A stretch of DNA of 64,000 bases, taken from NCBI GenBank assembly GCA_034428375.1, contig DAOUHT010000144.1:1742-65741 (forward strand). The letters are read 5' to 3'. The position numbers and the translations under genes were made by a program. Below, piece after piece: positions 45,682 to 54,830 of the stretch. Under the pieces are notes generated by a model that was not told the DNA's origin, made no database searches, and was given only the letters and a program-made list of their open reading frames with translations. The DNA is from Dehalococcoidia bacterium. GTDB lineage: Bacteria > Chloroflexota > Dehalococcoidia > Lucifugimonadales > Australimonadaceae. Within the stretch, counting starts at the first letter, position 1. Each line of letters begins with the position of its first letter.

Positions 45682-47346
45682 CTACCGCGTGCCTGGAGGC
45701 CCCACCCGCACCGTGATGATGTCCGTGCCGTGGAACTGCTGGTGCCGCACGGACGAGGCGTAGCGCCGCAGCAGGCGCAGCGATATCTCGTTCTCGGACA
45801 CCGTCTCCTCGTCGTGCTGCTGCAGCTGGCGGATACGGTCCTCCATGTTCTCCTCGTCCCCGCCGCCGATGAATTCGAGCTCCGCGATCGGCCCCTCGCT
45901 TGAGGCCAGCACGACCAGCCGCCGCGTCTCCTGCTGGTCGTCTTCGGCGTCCAGGTCCAGCGTCAGGTCCAGGGGGGCGAGCGTCAGCAGTGTTTCCTCC
46001 GCGACAGCGCTCAGCCGTTCCTTCATCGGTTGGTCCCACCCTCTGCTCTCGGCGAACCGCTCCGTGAACGCGAAGAGGTCCGGCAGCACCTCCGCGTCGA
46101 GCTGCGACTCGAAGCGCATCCGCCGCTTCTTTGTGAACTCCAGGAAGAGGATCATCACGATGGCGGCGACCCCTCCGGTGGTGATGGCGCTCTTCACCAG
46201 CGTCCCCAGCACGGGCCCGAGCTGCGGCAGGGTGAACAGATCGAACTGGAACGAAGCGCCTATCCAGAAGGCGATGCCCGCAACGATGAGCTTCTGTGCG
46301 TTCTGCTCGGCCAGGATCACCGTCCGGGCGCCGTCCACGAACAGCGTGCCGGTGACGAGGACCAGGTAGCCGGCCATGACCGGCCCCGGCAGGCTGCTCA
46401 GCAGCCCGGACAGCTTCGGAAGGAACGCCACGAGGATGAAGATGGCGCCGATGGAGTAGCCCATCCTGCGCGAAGCGATGCCGGTGACCTGGATGAAGGA
46501 GACGATGGCCGGGTTCACGGCGTTGGGTACCGCTCCGGCGACCCCGGCCAGCGCGTTGCTCACTCCCGCGCCGGTCAACGCCCCCTGCACCTGGCGGAAA
46601 TCGACGGCTTTGACCTCGCGCTGGGAGACGCGCTGGTGCGTTATCGCCTGCCCGTTCACCTGAATGGAGATGATGACGCCGAGGAACAGGAACGCCGGCA
46701 GCAGCGTCCAGAAATCAACGCTGAAGTCCAGCGCCAACCCCGGCGACTCCGCCGGAAGCCCCACCCAGGCAGACTGCGTTACCCTGGTAACGTCGTAGAT
46801 GCCGAACGCGGCGGCGACCGCGACGCCCGCCACGATGCCGATCATCGGCGCCCACAGGCGCAACAGCACGCTGCCCCGCAGCGTCAGGGCCGCAACGACC
46901 GTGAGCGTCGCCAGGGCGGTCAGGGGCGCGGCCACCGGCTCTTCCACCGACGCGTCGTCCAGCAGCCCGAAGACGACCGACGCCAGCGTGATGGAGAGGA
47001 TCATCATCACCGTGCCGCTGACGACGGGTGTCACCAGCCTCCGCAGGATGAACAGCCACCTCGCGACGACGAACTGGAACGCCGCCGAAGCGAGCACCAG
47101 CGTCGTAAGCGTCGCAGGGCCGCCGTCCACCACTGCCGTGATGCAGAAGGGAATGGCGAATGCCGCCGTGAAGAACGGCATCACTGCGCCTGCGCCCAAG
47201 GGGCCCAGCCGGCGCACCTGGACCAGCGTGGAGAGTCCTACCACGAGCAACGACGCGAAGACCATCCACGTCACGTAGGACTCGCCCCTGTCCGATGCTT
47301 CCGCCACTATCACGGGCGTCACCAGCAGCGTGGCGGAGGCGATCAT
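45682..47346 (-). CDS. NCS2 (xanthine/uracil/vitamin C) family permease with ~135-aa cytoplasmic C-terminal tail; N-terminus unresolved
   Basis: Polytopic NCS2-like core. The conserved SLGFGLQFS motif lies in frame upstream of the first ATG (47347-47469), with no ATG/GTG/TTG in that stretch. Confidence 0.7.
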   Translation of the reverse strand: MIASATLLVTPVIVAEASDRGESYVTWMVFASLLVVGLSTLVQVRRLGPLGAGAVMPFFTAAFAIPFCITAVVDGGPATLTTLVLASAAFQFVVARWLFILRRLVTPVVSGTVMMILSITLASVVFGLLDDASVEEPVAAPLTALATLTVVAALTLRGSVLLRLWAPMIGIVAGVAVAAAFGIYDVTRVTQSAWVGLPAESPGLALDFSVDFWTLLPAFLFLGVIISIQVNGQAITHQRVSQREVKAVDFRQVQGALTGAGVSNALAGVAGAVPNAVNPAIVSFIQVTGIASRRMGYSIGAIFILVAFLPKLSGLLSSLPGPVMAGYLVLVTGTLFVDGARTVILAEQNAQKLIVAGIAFWIGASFQFDLFTLPQLGPVLGTLVKSAITTGGVAAIVMILFLEFTKKRRMRFESQLDAEVLPDLFAFTERFAESRGWDQPMKERLSAVAEETLLTLAPLDLTLDLDAEDDQQETRRLVVLASSEGPIAELEFIGGGDEENMEDRIRQLQQHDEETVSENEISLRLLRRYASSVRHQQFHGTDIITVRVGPPGTR

Positions 47347-47540
47347 GCTGAACTGCAGGCCGAATCCAAGCGAGGTCCGCCAGGGCGGGTTCTCGTGTGT
47401 TTCGTAACGGGGGCTCTGCGTTGCCGTGGCCAGTGTGCGCCTCCCAGCGGACAGGCATCTCGTTGAGTCTCACGCAACTTTACTACGCGCGCGCCCCGTT
47501 GCCACAGCCCCGTCCTTCCCCGTCATCCCCCGTGGACTCC

Positions 47541-48443
47541 CTACCGGGGCGAGGACTCCGATGGCCGAAGCTCGCCCGCGGCCCTGGCCAACGCCGCGCC
47601 GTACAGGAATATCATGCCTGCGACGTACCCCCACATCAGCAGCACGACGAAGGAGGCGATAGGCCCGTACACCGCGTTCCTCTGGCTGGCCAGGGTGGTG
47701 AACCAGAAGAACAGGTGTTTGCCCGCCTCGAACAGCACGATGGCCGTTATCGCGCCGAAGACGGCATCCCGCCAATGCACGCGGACGTTCGGCATGAGGT
47801 AGTACACCAGCGCAAAGAGCGCCATCGTCAGGAGCGCGGGCAGCAGCGCCGAGACTGCCCCCAGCGCGAATATAACGGCCACGGATAGACCTCCCGCCGA
47901 CTCAGCTATGCCCTCGCTGAACCGCACCGCCAGCTGCAGTGAAGCCGACAGTCCTATGGACAGCAGGAACAGCACCACGAGGACCGTCGAGACCGTCACT
48001 TGCAGGATCGTCCTGCGGACCACTCTCTGGACCTCGACCTCGAAGACCCTGTTCAGTGCCCTGTTCGCGGCCATGAACAGTCCATTGGCCCCTATAACCA
48101 GGCTGACGAATGCCACCGCTCCGATGGCCAGCGAACCATGGAGCAGGTTCTCGACAGCCCCCTGTATCAGGTCCCGTGACGTTGGGAAGTAGTAGACCAG
48201 GGCCTCTGTGAGCAGCCCCCGGACGTCTTCCGGGTCCCCGACGACGGCCATCGCCATGATGAACAGCGCCACTGCCGGGAGGAGCGACAGGATCGTGAAA
48301 TACGCGAGCGAGCCCGCGAGGTCGATCCCTCCCACCTGCCACAGTATCCGCACCGCCCTGGCCATGGCCGCGCCGCGCCATGCCCCTCTCTTCCTGGGCA
48401 ACTCGCGCGATAGCCGCCGGAGCCTTACCTGTCTGCGTTTCAA
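47541..48443 (-). CDS. YihY/BrkB (virulence factor BrkB) family membrane protein
   Basis: GIDLAGSLAYFTILSLLPAV and six TM segments. Confidence 0.8.
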   Translation of the reverse strand: MKRRQVRLRRLSRELPRKRGAWRGAAMARAVRILWQVGGIDLAGSLAYFTILSLLPAVALFIMAMAVVGDPEDVRGLLTEALVYYFPTSRDLIQGAVENLLHGSLAIGAVAFVSLVIGANGLFMAANRALNRVFEVEVQRVVRRTILQVTVSTVLVVLFLLSIGLSASLQLAVRFSEGIAESAGGLSVAVIFALGAVSALLPALLTMALFALVYYLMPNVRVHWRDAVFGAITAIVLFEAGKHLFFWFTTLASQRNAVYGPIASFVVLLMWGYVAGMIFLYGAALARAAGELRPSESSPR

Positions 48444-48544
48444 CGGGAACTTCCGATGCCTGCCTAACCATCAATTCTACGTTCCCACCTGCCCCGGCGT
48501 GTCCGACATTGCGCTGCACGATATGCCGGGCTTATCTTCTCGGC

Positions 48545-49420
48545 ATGACCACGCCGCTCCCCTGCGGATACGCCAGCGAAGGTCAGGGAGTCACGCCCCT
48601 GGCTGCCGCGCTGGAGTCCGGTGCGATGCTCGACCAGGGCTTCGACGTCACCCTCTCCAAGATGGGCGACGCGCACGCGGTCGTGGCCGGACTGGCCTCG
48701 GGCGCCATCGTCTTCGGCAACCTTGCTGCGCCCGCGCTGGTGCTCGCGGCAGCGGAGGGCAGGGCGGACCTCGTCTTCCTCGCGGGCGGCGTCAACCAGC
48801 AGTTCCTCGTCGGCGCCCCAGGCATGACGCTCGATGCGCTCCCCGGTCTGTCCCTCGGCATGAGCCATCCCGGCGACCTAACCGACTTCCTCGGCCAGCT
48901 CACCATCGACCGCGTGCTCGGCGGGTCGGGCGAGCTCCGCGCCGTTGGCGGCAGCCAGTCCCGCCTGCGAGCTGTGCTGAACGGCGAGGTCGCCGCGACG
49001 CCCCTCTCGCCGCCCACCGCCGTGCAGGCGAAGCACGCCGGCTGTCCGTGGCTGTACGACTACGCGGAGATGGACCTGAACTTCGCCATCGGCGGCATCG
49101 CGGCGCCACGGTCGCTCGTCGAGTCCGAGCCGGAGCTCGTGCAGCGCTTCCTGCGCGGCTACCTGGAAGGCCAGCGCCGCTACAAGCAGGACCGGGAGTT
49201 CGGCGTCGCCGTCCACGAGAAGTACGGCGAGACCACCCGCGCCATCGCCGAGGAGACCTACGACGTTACCCGCGAAGGCTTCCGCGACTTCCCCGACCCG
49301 GCCACCGAGGGCATGCGGATGCTCGTCGACTTCTGGAAGAGCGCCGGCATCATCCCCGAAGCGTTCCACGTCGAGAGCGTCGTCGACTCTGGCCCCGTCA
49401 CCGCGGTCTGCGGCGGCTGA
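48545..49420 (+). CDS. NMT1/THI5-like (NitT/TauT-type) substrate-binding domain protein, no signal peptide detected
   Basis: Periplasmic-binding-protein type-2 pattern (AGLASGAIVFGNLAAP ... AVLNGEVAATPLSPP). Internal ATG 48545 chosen because the upstream part overlaps the divergent yihY-like gene. Confidence 0.55.
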   Translation: MTTPLPCGYASEGQGVTPLAAALESGAMLDQGFDVTLSKMGDAHAVVAGLASGAIVFGNLAAPALVLAAAEGRADLVFLAGGVNQQFLVGAPGMTLDALPGLSLGMSHPGDLTDFLGQLTIDRVLGGSGELRAVGGSQSRLRAVLNGEVAATPLSPPTAVQAKHAGCPWLYDYAEMDLNFAIGGIAAPRSLVESEPELVQRFLRGYLEGQRRYKQDREFGVAVHEKYGETTRAIAEETYDVTREGFRDFPDPATEGMRMLVDFWKSAGIIPEAFHVESVVDSGPVTAVCGG

Positions 49421-49553
49421 GGCGTCCCCGATACCACTTTCGGCCCTGTGCGTGGCATCGCAGGCCGCGCCTACAGGACCCACCCGCGTGGAGCGCATCG
49501 CCGCACGCGGTGCGTTGCTGCGCCCGGTACGACAGCGCGGACTCGACAAGACG

Positions 49554-50927
49554 TCATGTCTGGTTGGCACGGGATGCCAACAGGTCTGCGACTTTGATTG
49601 CAGCGCTGTGGCCGCTGGAAAGGGCGCCGTTGACCGACGGCACGTGCGTGTAATCGCCCGCCAGAACGAGGTTGTCGATCCGCCCGGCAAGCTGCTCGGG
49701 GACGTTTGCCATAGCGGCGAGCATACCGGGCGTCCCCATGCACAGCGCCTCTTCCCAGCGGTACACGCGGTAGAACAGGCCCTCGTCGTCGGCCGGAAGA
49801 GCGGAGCCTGGAGGCGCCTTCCGGCGAGCAGCACCCAGCATCTCGCGCTTTATCTCATCATCGTCGAGCGGGATGAGCTCCCTGGCGCGGTCGCGCCCGA
49901 TGAGCAGGTCGAGGATGCTCTTGCCCGGAGGCGCGCAGGCAGGGAGAAAGGCGCACCGGTCCAGCAGGAGCGGGGTGTCGTCGTCCTCCGGATAGAGCGC
50001 GCCATGCCAGCCGGGAGGGAGCGGAGAGCGGTCGAGGCCTATCACCACCCGGCAACCGGTTGAGTAGCTGACCGTGCTGAGCGCGCGGCGAGCCTCCGCC
50101 GGCAGTTCTGGGATGAGCTCCGGGACCTTCGTTCCGGGAACGGCGCATATGACCGCGTCGGCCTCGATAGTCTCACCGTCCACGACGACGCCGGTAGCTG
50201 TCCCATCTGCGACGATGATCCTCCTGACGGGAGTCGATACGCGGATCGCGTCTGAGCAGGCGGTGGCAAGCGCTTCGCTCAGGGAGCCGACGCCTCGCTC
50301 GGGCATGTAGACCTTGCCGGAGTGCAGCATCGTCTCTCCGATGTACGCCCGCATCAGCGCCTGCCCTGCGGGCATCGGATCGCCCAGTATCATGTCGAGA
50401 GGCCCCCTCAGCGTCACCTGCAGGTTCTCTGGCACGCGGAGCCGCTTCAGGTAATCGCCGAATGACTCGTCGTCGTCGATCTCGGCGAGGGGGCTGTCGC
50501 CGGCGAAACTCATGTATGCCGACTGGCGACGGATCTGGCGCATCACCCTGGAGCCGGACCGCATGCCCGAGGGAGAAAGGAAGCCCATGATGAAGGCCGC
50601 ACGCAGGTGCCGTATGAAATTCCAGGGCGATTGGTCTGGCGTCGTGGTGACCCACCGCCCATTGCGGTGGTGGCCGAACTTCATCTTCGACGGCACCAGT
50701 GGCAGACCCAACTCCCCGCAGATGCGGAATGCGGTGTCGTAGGTGGAGGTGAACACGAACGCGCCCATGTCCAGGGAGAACCCGTCCACCCTCTCGCCGA
50801 TGCCGCGCCCTCCCGCACGATCTTGAGCCTCGAGTAGCAGGGGGGTGATGCCCTGTTTCATCAGCGTGTAGGCGGCGCCGAGCCCGGCGAAGCCCCCACC
50901 AACTATGACGACCCGCCCGGTGCTCAT
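49554..50927 (-). CDS. FAD-dependent amine-oxidase/phytoene-desaturase-like oxidoreductase
   Basis: VVIVGGGFAGLGAAYTL dinucleotide motif and C-terminal LAGDYTHVPSVNGALSSG, typical of the protoporphyrinogen/phytoene desaturase superfamily. Confidence 0.75.
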   Translation of the reverse strand: MSTGRVVIVGGGFAGLGAAYTLMKQGITPLLLEAQDRAGGRGIGERVDGFSLDMGAFVFTSTYDTAFRICGELGLPLVPSKMKFGHHRNGRWVTTTPDQSPWNFIRHLRAAFIMGFLSPSGMRSGSRVMRQIRRQSAYMSFAGDSPLAEIDDDESFGDYLKRLRVPENLQVTLRGPLDMILGDPMPAGQALMRAYIGETMLHSGKVYMPERGVGSLSEALATACSDAIRVSTPVRRIIVADGTATGVVVDGETIEADAVICAVPGTKVPELIPELPAEARRALSTVSYSTGCRVVIGLDRSPLPPGWHGALYPEDDDTPLLLDRCAFLPACAPPGKSILDLLIGRDRARELIPLDDDEIKREMLGAARRKAPPGSALPADDEGLFYRVYRWEEALCMGTPGMLAAMANVPEQLAGRIDNLVLAGDYTHVPSVNGALSSGHSAAIKVADLLASRANQT

Positions 50928-51301
50928 GTCTGCGGGCTCCCCACTCTCTATCCATTGCGCAGGCGTCCTGCGCGGGGATGCACGCGCGTGGTGGGCCTAC
51001 GTGGACGGTAGATGGCACTATCTTCGAGATGTGGCTCGGCCCGCCCATGAAGCGACCGACCCCCTCTGTAAGCAACCTGGTTCAGTAGGGCAGTGAACTG
51101 CGATCTCTTCGCCGGGAGGCCAGGCTGTAGGCCCGCCGCGCAATACCCCACCATGATGACAGAGCGGTATGGGCGGCAACAAGCGTCTCCCATTGCCTCT
51201 ATTTGCCCCACCGCACTCGAACCTTCTTCACATGGACAGCAAGACGGACTGCATGTCCCATCTCCCACATCAGACGTGGCCTCGGGCGCCGGGTAACCCG
51301 G

Positions 51302-53383
51302 TCAGGCGCACCACTCAATGCGAGGCAAGGCGTCCGGGTGGTCCGGAAGCCGGATGACGATGTCCAAGACACTCTCGCCGTCTACCTTGAAGCGGGTTGC
51401 GTCTTCCCGTACGATGGTGAACCCCCTTGGGCCGTGCCACCCTACGAAGGTGCATCCCTCTTTGGAGTCCGGACTTACGCCGGGGGCGAACACGTCCACA
51501 ATGAAGGAACCGTCGGGGACTACTATGGCAAAGGAGCCGTCCTCCCCGGTCGTAGCAGTGCCGACATTGTCCACGAAAGTGTCGGCTCCGTCGGGCCAGG
51601 CCCGCAGGAATGTCCCTTCCACCGGCTGATTGTTCGGCCCTATCACCTTGCCCTGAATGGTGACGATTTCCTCGGAGGGGTACTGGACCTCCGATGGCGT
51701 GTAGGGCGACATGTCGAATCCCTGCTCATCAAAGTAGATCAGGCGATTGGGTATTGTCCTCAGGATCGAAATGATCTCGGCGGTCGTCAGCCGTTCTGAT
51801 TGATACCGCACGGCGAACCACGCAAGGAAGCTCTCCGCGACATCCTCTGTGTCCGGATTGTCCCGGGCATACTCCGAGATGAAGACACCGTCGGCCTCCT
51901 GCGCCGCACGCCAGCCGGGGGAGCCTTCGTGCGTTTGGTCCAGCGTGGTATGTGTGGCTTCATGGACGAATACTTCCCCGAAATCACCCGGCTCCCGATC
52001 CGGATAGATGACGATGATCCCTAAGGTTTGGGACGCATTCCACCTTCCCTCGCCGGGGTGGATGTCCACGTGCTTGATACCGGGCATCAGGACCGCCGGT
52101 ATCTGTCCCAGGGCATGGGTGTACGTCTCGACTGCCCCTTGTGCGGCCTCTCTGCTGCCGAGTTCGGGATAGACGCGGAATTCCACCACGTGTCCGGCGT
52201 ACCGTACATCGAACAGGTAAGTATCGATCGTAATCGTCATTTCGGACTGTTTATCCCAGTGAGGGAGCTCGCCGCGACCCGCGTACGTGATGCTCTCCAA
52301 CGTGGTGGGATCGGAGGGTTCGATGACCTGCGGTGAGATAAGCGTTGTCCCTACGAACGGAGGCGTGCCCGTGTGTTCGAGTTTGAAGTCCAGCGTGCGG
52401 TCTTCCTCCATGGCGATCTCGACGGTCTCGGGTTCGTGGGTGGGCTCGGCGATGACACTAACCGTGACCGTCCCCCAGACGTTCGGGAAGCGGTAGCTTC
52501 CGTCGGGACCGATGACCATGGATTTCAGTTTGCCGTTCTCGAGCCGCACGACGGCGCCCGCCAGTACTGGCCCGTTCTCCCGGCTGTCACGTACCGTCCC
52601 AGATAGAGTGAACGTGGGTGGAACCGCTACCAGTGCGGACCCGGACGCAGCGCCCGCACTGGCCGTGATCGTCGCCTCCCCTTCCGCAATCCCAGACACC
52701 AGACCAAGCGCATCTACCTCTGCCACGAGGGCGTCGGCGGACTCCCACGAGAATTCAGCCCCAGCCACCGGATGCCCGTTCGCGTCGAGCGCCTCCGCCG
52801 CCAGCTGAACGGTCTCGCCCCATGCGATCAGCTCGGTCACGGACGGCGTCACCTCCACTGAGGCTACCTCCTGCGTCACCGTCACAACCGCGGACCCTGA
52901 TGCCGACCCAGCCGACGCCGTGATCGTCGCCGTCCCGTTGCCCGCTCCTGTCACGACACCGGCCGCATCCACCGTCGCCACCGAGCTGGCGCTGGTCGTC
53001 CAGGTCACGGTGACTCCAGTCATTACCGTGGAGTCCTGGTCACGCACCTCCGTCCTCAGTTGTGCCGTTGCGCCAAGTGCAGTCAGATCCACCGTAGCGG
53101 GGCTGACCGTGACCGACGCAGAGCGGGCGGGCTCAGATGTCGCTGTAGCAGTCGGCTCCGGGATTGGAGTGGCGGTCGCAGCCGTCGTTGGTTCCGGCGC
53201 GGAGTGGGTGGGCTCAGGTGTCGCTCCAGCAGTTGGCTCCGGGCTTGGAGTGGCGGTCGCAGCCGTCGTTGGTTCCAGCGTGGGAGGGGGGCTGTCGCTG
53301 CAGGCGCTCAAGGCCAAGGCGATGAGCAGCGTCGCCATAATCGCGAGCCAGCGGGTGGGAAGCCGGTGTGTCTCGATTCGCAC
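51302..53383 (-). CDS. large lipoprotein: PT-rich repeats, 2 BIg2 domains, 2 carboxypeptidase-regulatory-like domains and an HExxH module
   Basis: GTG 53383 after GAGGA gives the signal peptide VRIETHRLPTRWLAIMATLLIALALSAC. BIg2-like repeats (ATVDAAGVVTGAGNGTATITAS). FVHEATH motif at 51950-51964. Confidence 0.75.
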   Translation of the reverse strand: MRIETHRLPTRWLAIMATLLIALALSACSDSPPPTLEPTTAATATPSPEPTAGATPEPTHSAPEPTTAATATPIPEPTATATSEPARSASVTVSPATVDLTALGATAQLRTEVRDQDSTVMTGVTVTWTTSASSVATVDAAGVVTGAGNGTATITASAGSASGSAVVTVTQEVASVEVTPSVTELIAWGETVQLAAEALDANGHPVAGAEFSWESADALVAEVDALGLVSGIAEGEATITASAGAASGSALVAVPPTFTLSGTVRDSRENGPVLAGAVVRLENGKLKSMVIGPDGSYRFPNVWGTVTVSVIAEPTHEPETVEIAMEEDRTLDFKLEHTGTPPFVGTTLISPQVIEPSDPTTLESITYAGRGELPHWDKQSEMTITIDTYLFDVRYAGHVVEFRVYPELGSREAAQGAVETYTHALGQIPAVLMPGIKHVDIHPGEGRWNASQTLGIIVIYPDREPGDFGEVFVHEATHTTLDQTHEGSPGWRAAQEADGVFISEYARDNPDTEDVAESFLAWFAVRYQSERLTTAEIISILRTIPNRLIYFDEQGFDMSPYTPSEVQYPSEEIVTIQGKVIGPNNQPVEGTFLRAWPDGADTFVDNVGTATTGEDGSFAIVVPDGSFIVDVFAPGVSPDSKEGCTFVGWHGPRGFTIVREDATRFKVDGESVLDIVIRLPDHPDALPRIEWCA
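53129..53290. repeat. 2 x 81-bp tandem direct repeat inside the lipoprotein gene
   Basis: Units start at 53129 and 53210 (GGGCTCAGaTGTCGCT... / GGGCTCAGgTGTCGCT...). They encode the repeated EPTTAATATPxPEPTAxATxEP segment. Confidence 0.8.
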
Positions 53384-54019
53384 TATGTCCTCAAGCCTTG
53401 CAAATGAACAGCTTGTTGGAGCAATTCTCGTGGCTGGTTCTTCAAAATCCAAGTTAAGCGCAAGTGCCGGGCAGGCACAATGAGGGGCCATATCTTGGGA
53501 CCTCTGCCGACGACGTTCCGTTTCCCGGAGAGCGTCGTCGAGGAGGAGTCGCTTACGGGTTTCCCGCGTTCTGATGCGGCTCCAGGTCGCAGGTCCTCGC
53601 CAGATCAGATTGTTGGACGGCTTCGTCTAGGGGAACGTGTTGCGGTTGGCGTTCCCGCGGCCCGGTCCGGCCAGTTGCTGAAGTCTCTGGCGACGTCCGC
53701 GTACCTGTTTCGGCCTCTCACCTGCACATCGTATTGCCGGCCATTGACCAAGCCATCGATGGTGGTTCCGCCCTTCTGTTGGATCCTGTTCCGCATTTGC
53801 CCATGAAACGCTAGAGGCTCGGCATCGATTCGATAAGTACCAACCATCACTCTTGGGGAGGTGACTTGGCGCGCAAATTGTTGGCTCTAATGGAGAGTGC
53901 TTCTGCAATTCTGTGCCCTTGCTGACCGCTTGGACGGAGGCGAACGCAGTGATAGAGGCAGGAGGCATCCTGCCGTGCCGCGCAACGGCTCCGCATTGAG
54001 GACGGGTGGAAGGAACGAA

Positions 54020-54096
54020 TGGTGGGCGGTAGAGGACTCGAACCTCTGGCCTCCGCGATGTCAACGCGACGCTCTAACCAACTGAGCTAACCGCCC
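54020..54096 (-). tRNA. tRNA-Val (anticodon GAC), CCA encoded
   Basis: Folded by hand: GGGCGGT TA GCTC AGTTGGTTA GAGC G TCGCG TTGACAT CGCGG AGGCC AGAGG TTCGAGT CCTCT ACCGCCC A CCA. All four stems pair. Confidence 0.9.
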
Positions 54097-54115
54097 CGTC
54101 CACCGTACGCTCACG

Positions 54116-54124
54116 AGTATAGCA
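54116..54124 (-). promoter_or_regulatory. extended -10 element upstream of tRNA-Val
   Basis: Minus strand reads TGCTATACT, ending 19 nt upstream of the mature tRNA 5-prime end. Confidence 0.35.
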
Positions 54125-54214
54125 TCCCCCTGCCGTCGCACAGAGGACAGCAGGGACTGTGACCAGGCGAGCGCGCCGCGGCAGTCGAAGCGCGGTCCTG
54201 TGCTCCTTAATCCG

Positions 54215-54511
54215 CTACACGCCCTCGACCACGAACACGTTTGCGTGCGCGAAGCTGCCGCGGAGCCTGCGGAGTTCCTGGAAATTCGCGTCGTTGAACA
54301 GGTCCCTGATCTGATCGATGTTGTCAAACTCGGCGACCGCCATCCGGGAGGGAGTGAAACTGCCTCCCTTTGCCTCGATGGCCCCGGTGCGGATGATGTA
54401 TCTGCCTCCATAGCTCCCAACTGCCTCCACCAGGCGGTCCGCCAGGCCTGCGAGCCCTTCCAGATCCCAGACCTGCGTATCTATCGTCACGACGTATGCA
54501 GCCATCGGCAT
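54215..54511 (-). CDS. DUF1330 domain protein
   Basis: 98 aa; AAYVVTIDTQVWDLEGL ... GGRYIIRTGAIEAKGG ... MAVAEFDNIDQ is the DUF1330 pattern. Confidence 0.75.
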   Translation of the reverse strand: MPMAAYVVTIDTQVWDLEGLAGLADRLVEAVGSYGGRYIIRTGAIEAKGGSFTPSRMAVAEFDNIDQIRDLFNDANFQELRRLRGSFAHANVFVVEGV

Positions 54512-54593
54512 CTCCCTCCATCCATGTCATCGCAATATACAACATGTGCTACCATCATCCCCGCTGTATCAGGCAATACTACGGAGGAGGTGG

Positions 54594-54809
54594 ATGATGG
54601 TGGAAACAGCACTGCCCGCATGCCAGGCATGCAACGAAGGTGACCTCGTCCCGCTGTCGGACTTCGGGAGCCAGGGCGCGCCCATCCATTACAAGGCATG
54701 GGTCTGCACCAACCCGGACTGCGGGTTCAACCTCAAAATCCGCAACGGCGACGTCTACATCAACGAGCCCATCAACAACGGCGCCATGCAGGCGGGCAGG
54801 TCCCGCTAG
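54594..54809 (+). CDS. small zinc-ribbon protein
   Basis: 71 aa with CQAC ... CTNPDC cysteine pairs. ATG follows GGAGGAGG. Confidence 0.5.
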   Translation: MMVETALPACQACNEGDLVPLSDFGSQGAPIHYKAWVCTNPDCGFNLKIRNGDVYINEPINNGAMQAGRSR

Positions 54810-54830
54810 CGCCCGCTGTCCGCTCCTGTT

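Noticed and set aside
51195-51225. tRNA-like fragment (CCACCGCACTCGAACC, resembling a T-arm/acceptor on the minus strand)
   Set aside because: Only the T-loop-like GGTTCGAGT matches. The flanking bases do not form T or acceptor stems and do not match the 3-prime end of tRNA-Val at 54020-54096.
50928-51301. Riboswitch or small RNA in the GC-poorer 370-bp gap between the lipoprotein gene and the FAD oxidoreductase gene
   Set aside because: I found only a short CCGGG-TTA-CCCGG hairpin after the lipoprotein stop. There was no extended conserved-looking structure or recognisable riboswitch core, so the evidence is insufficient.
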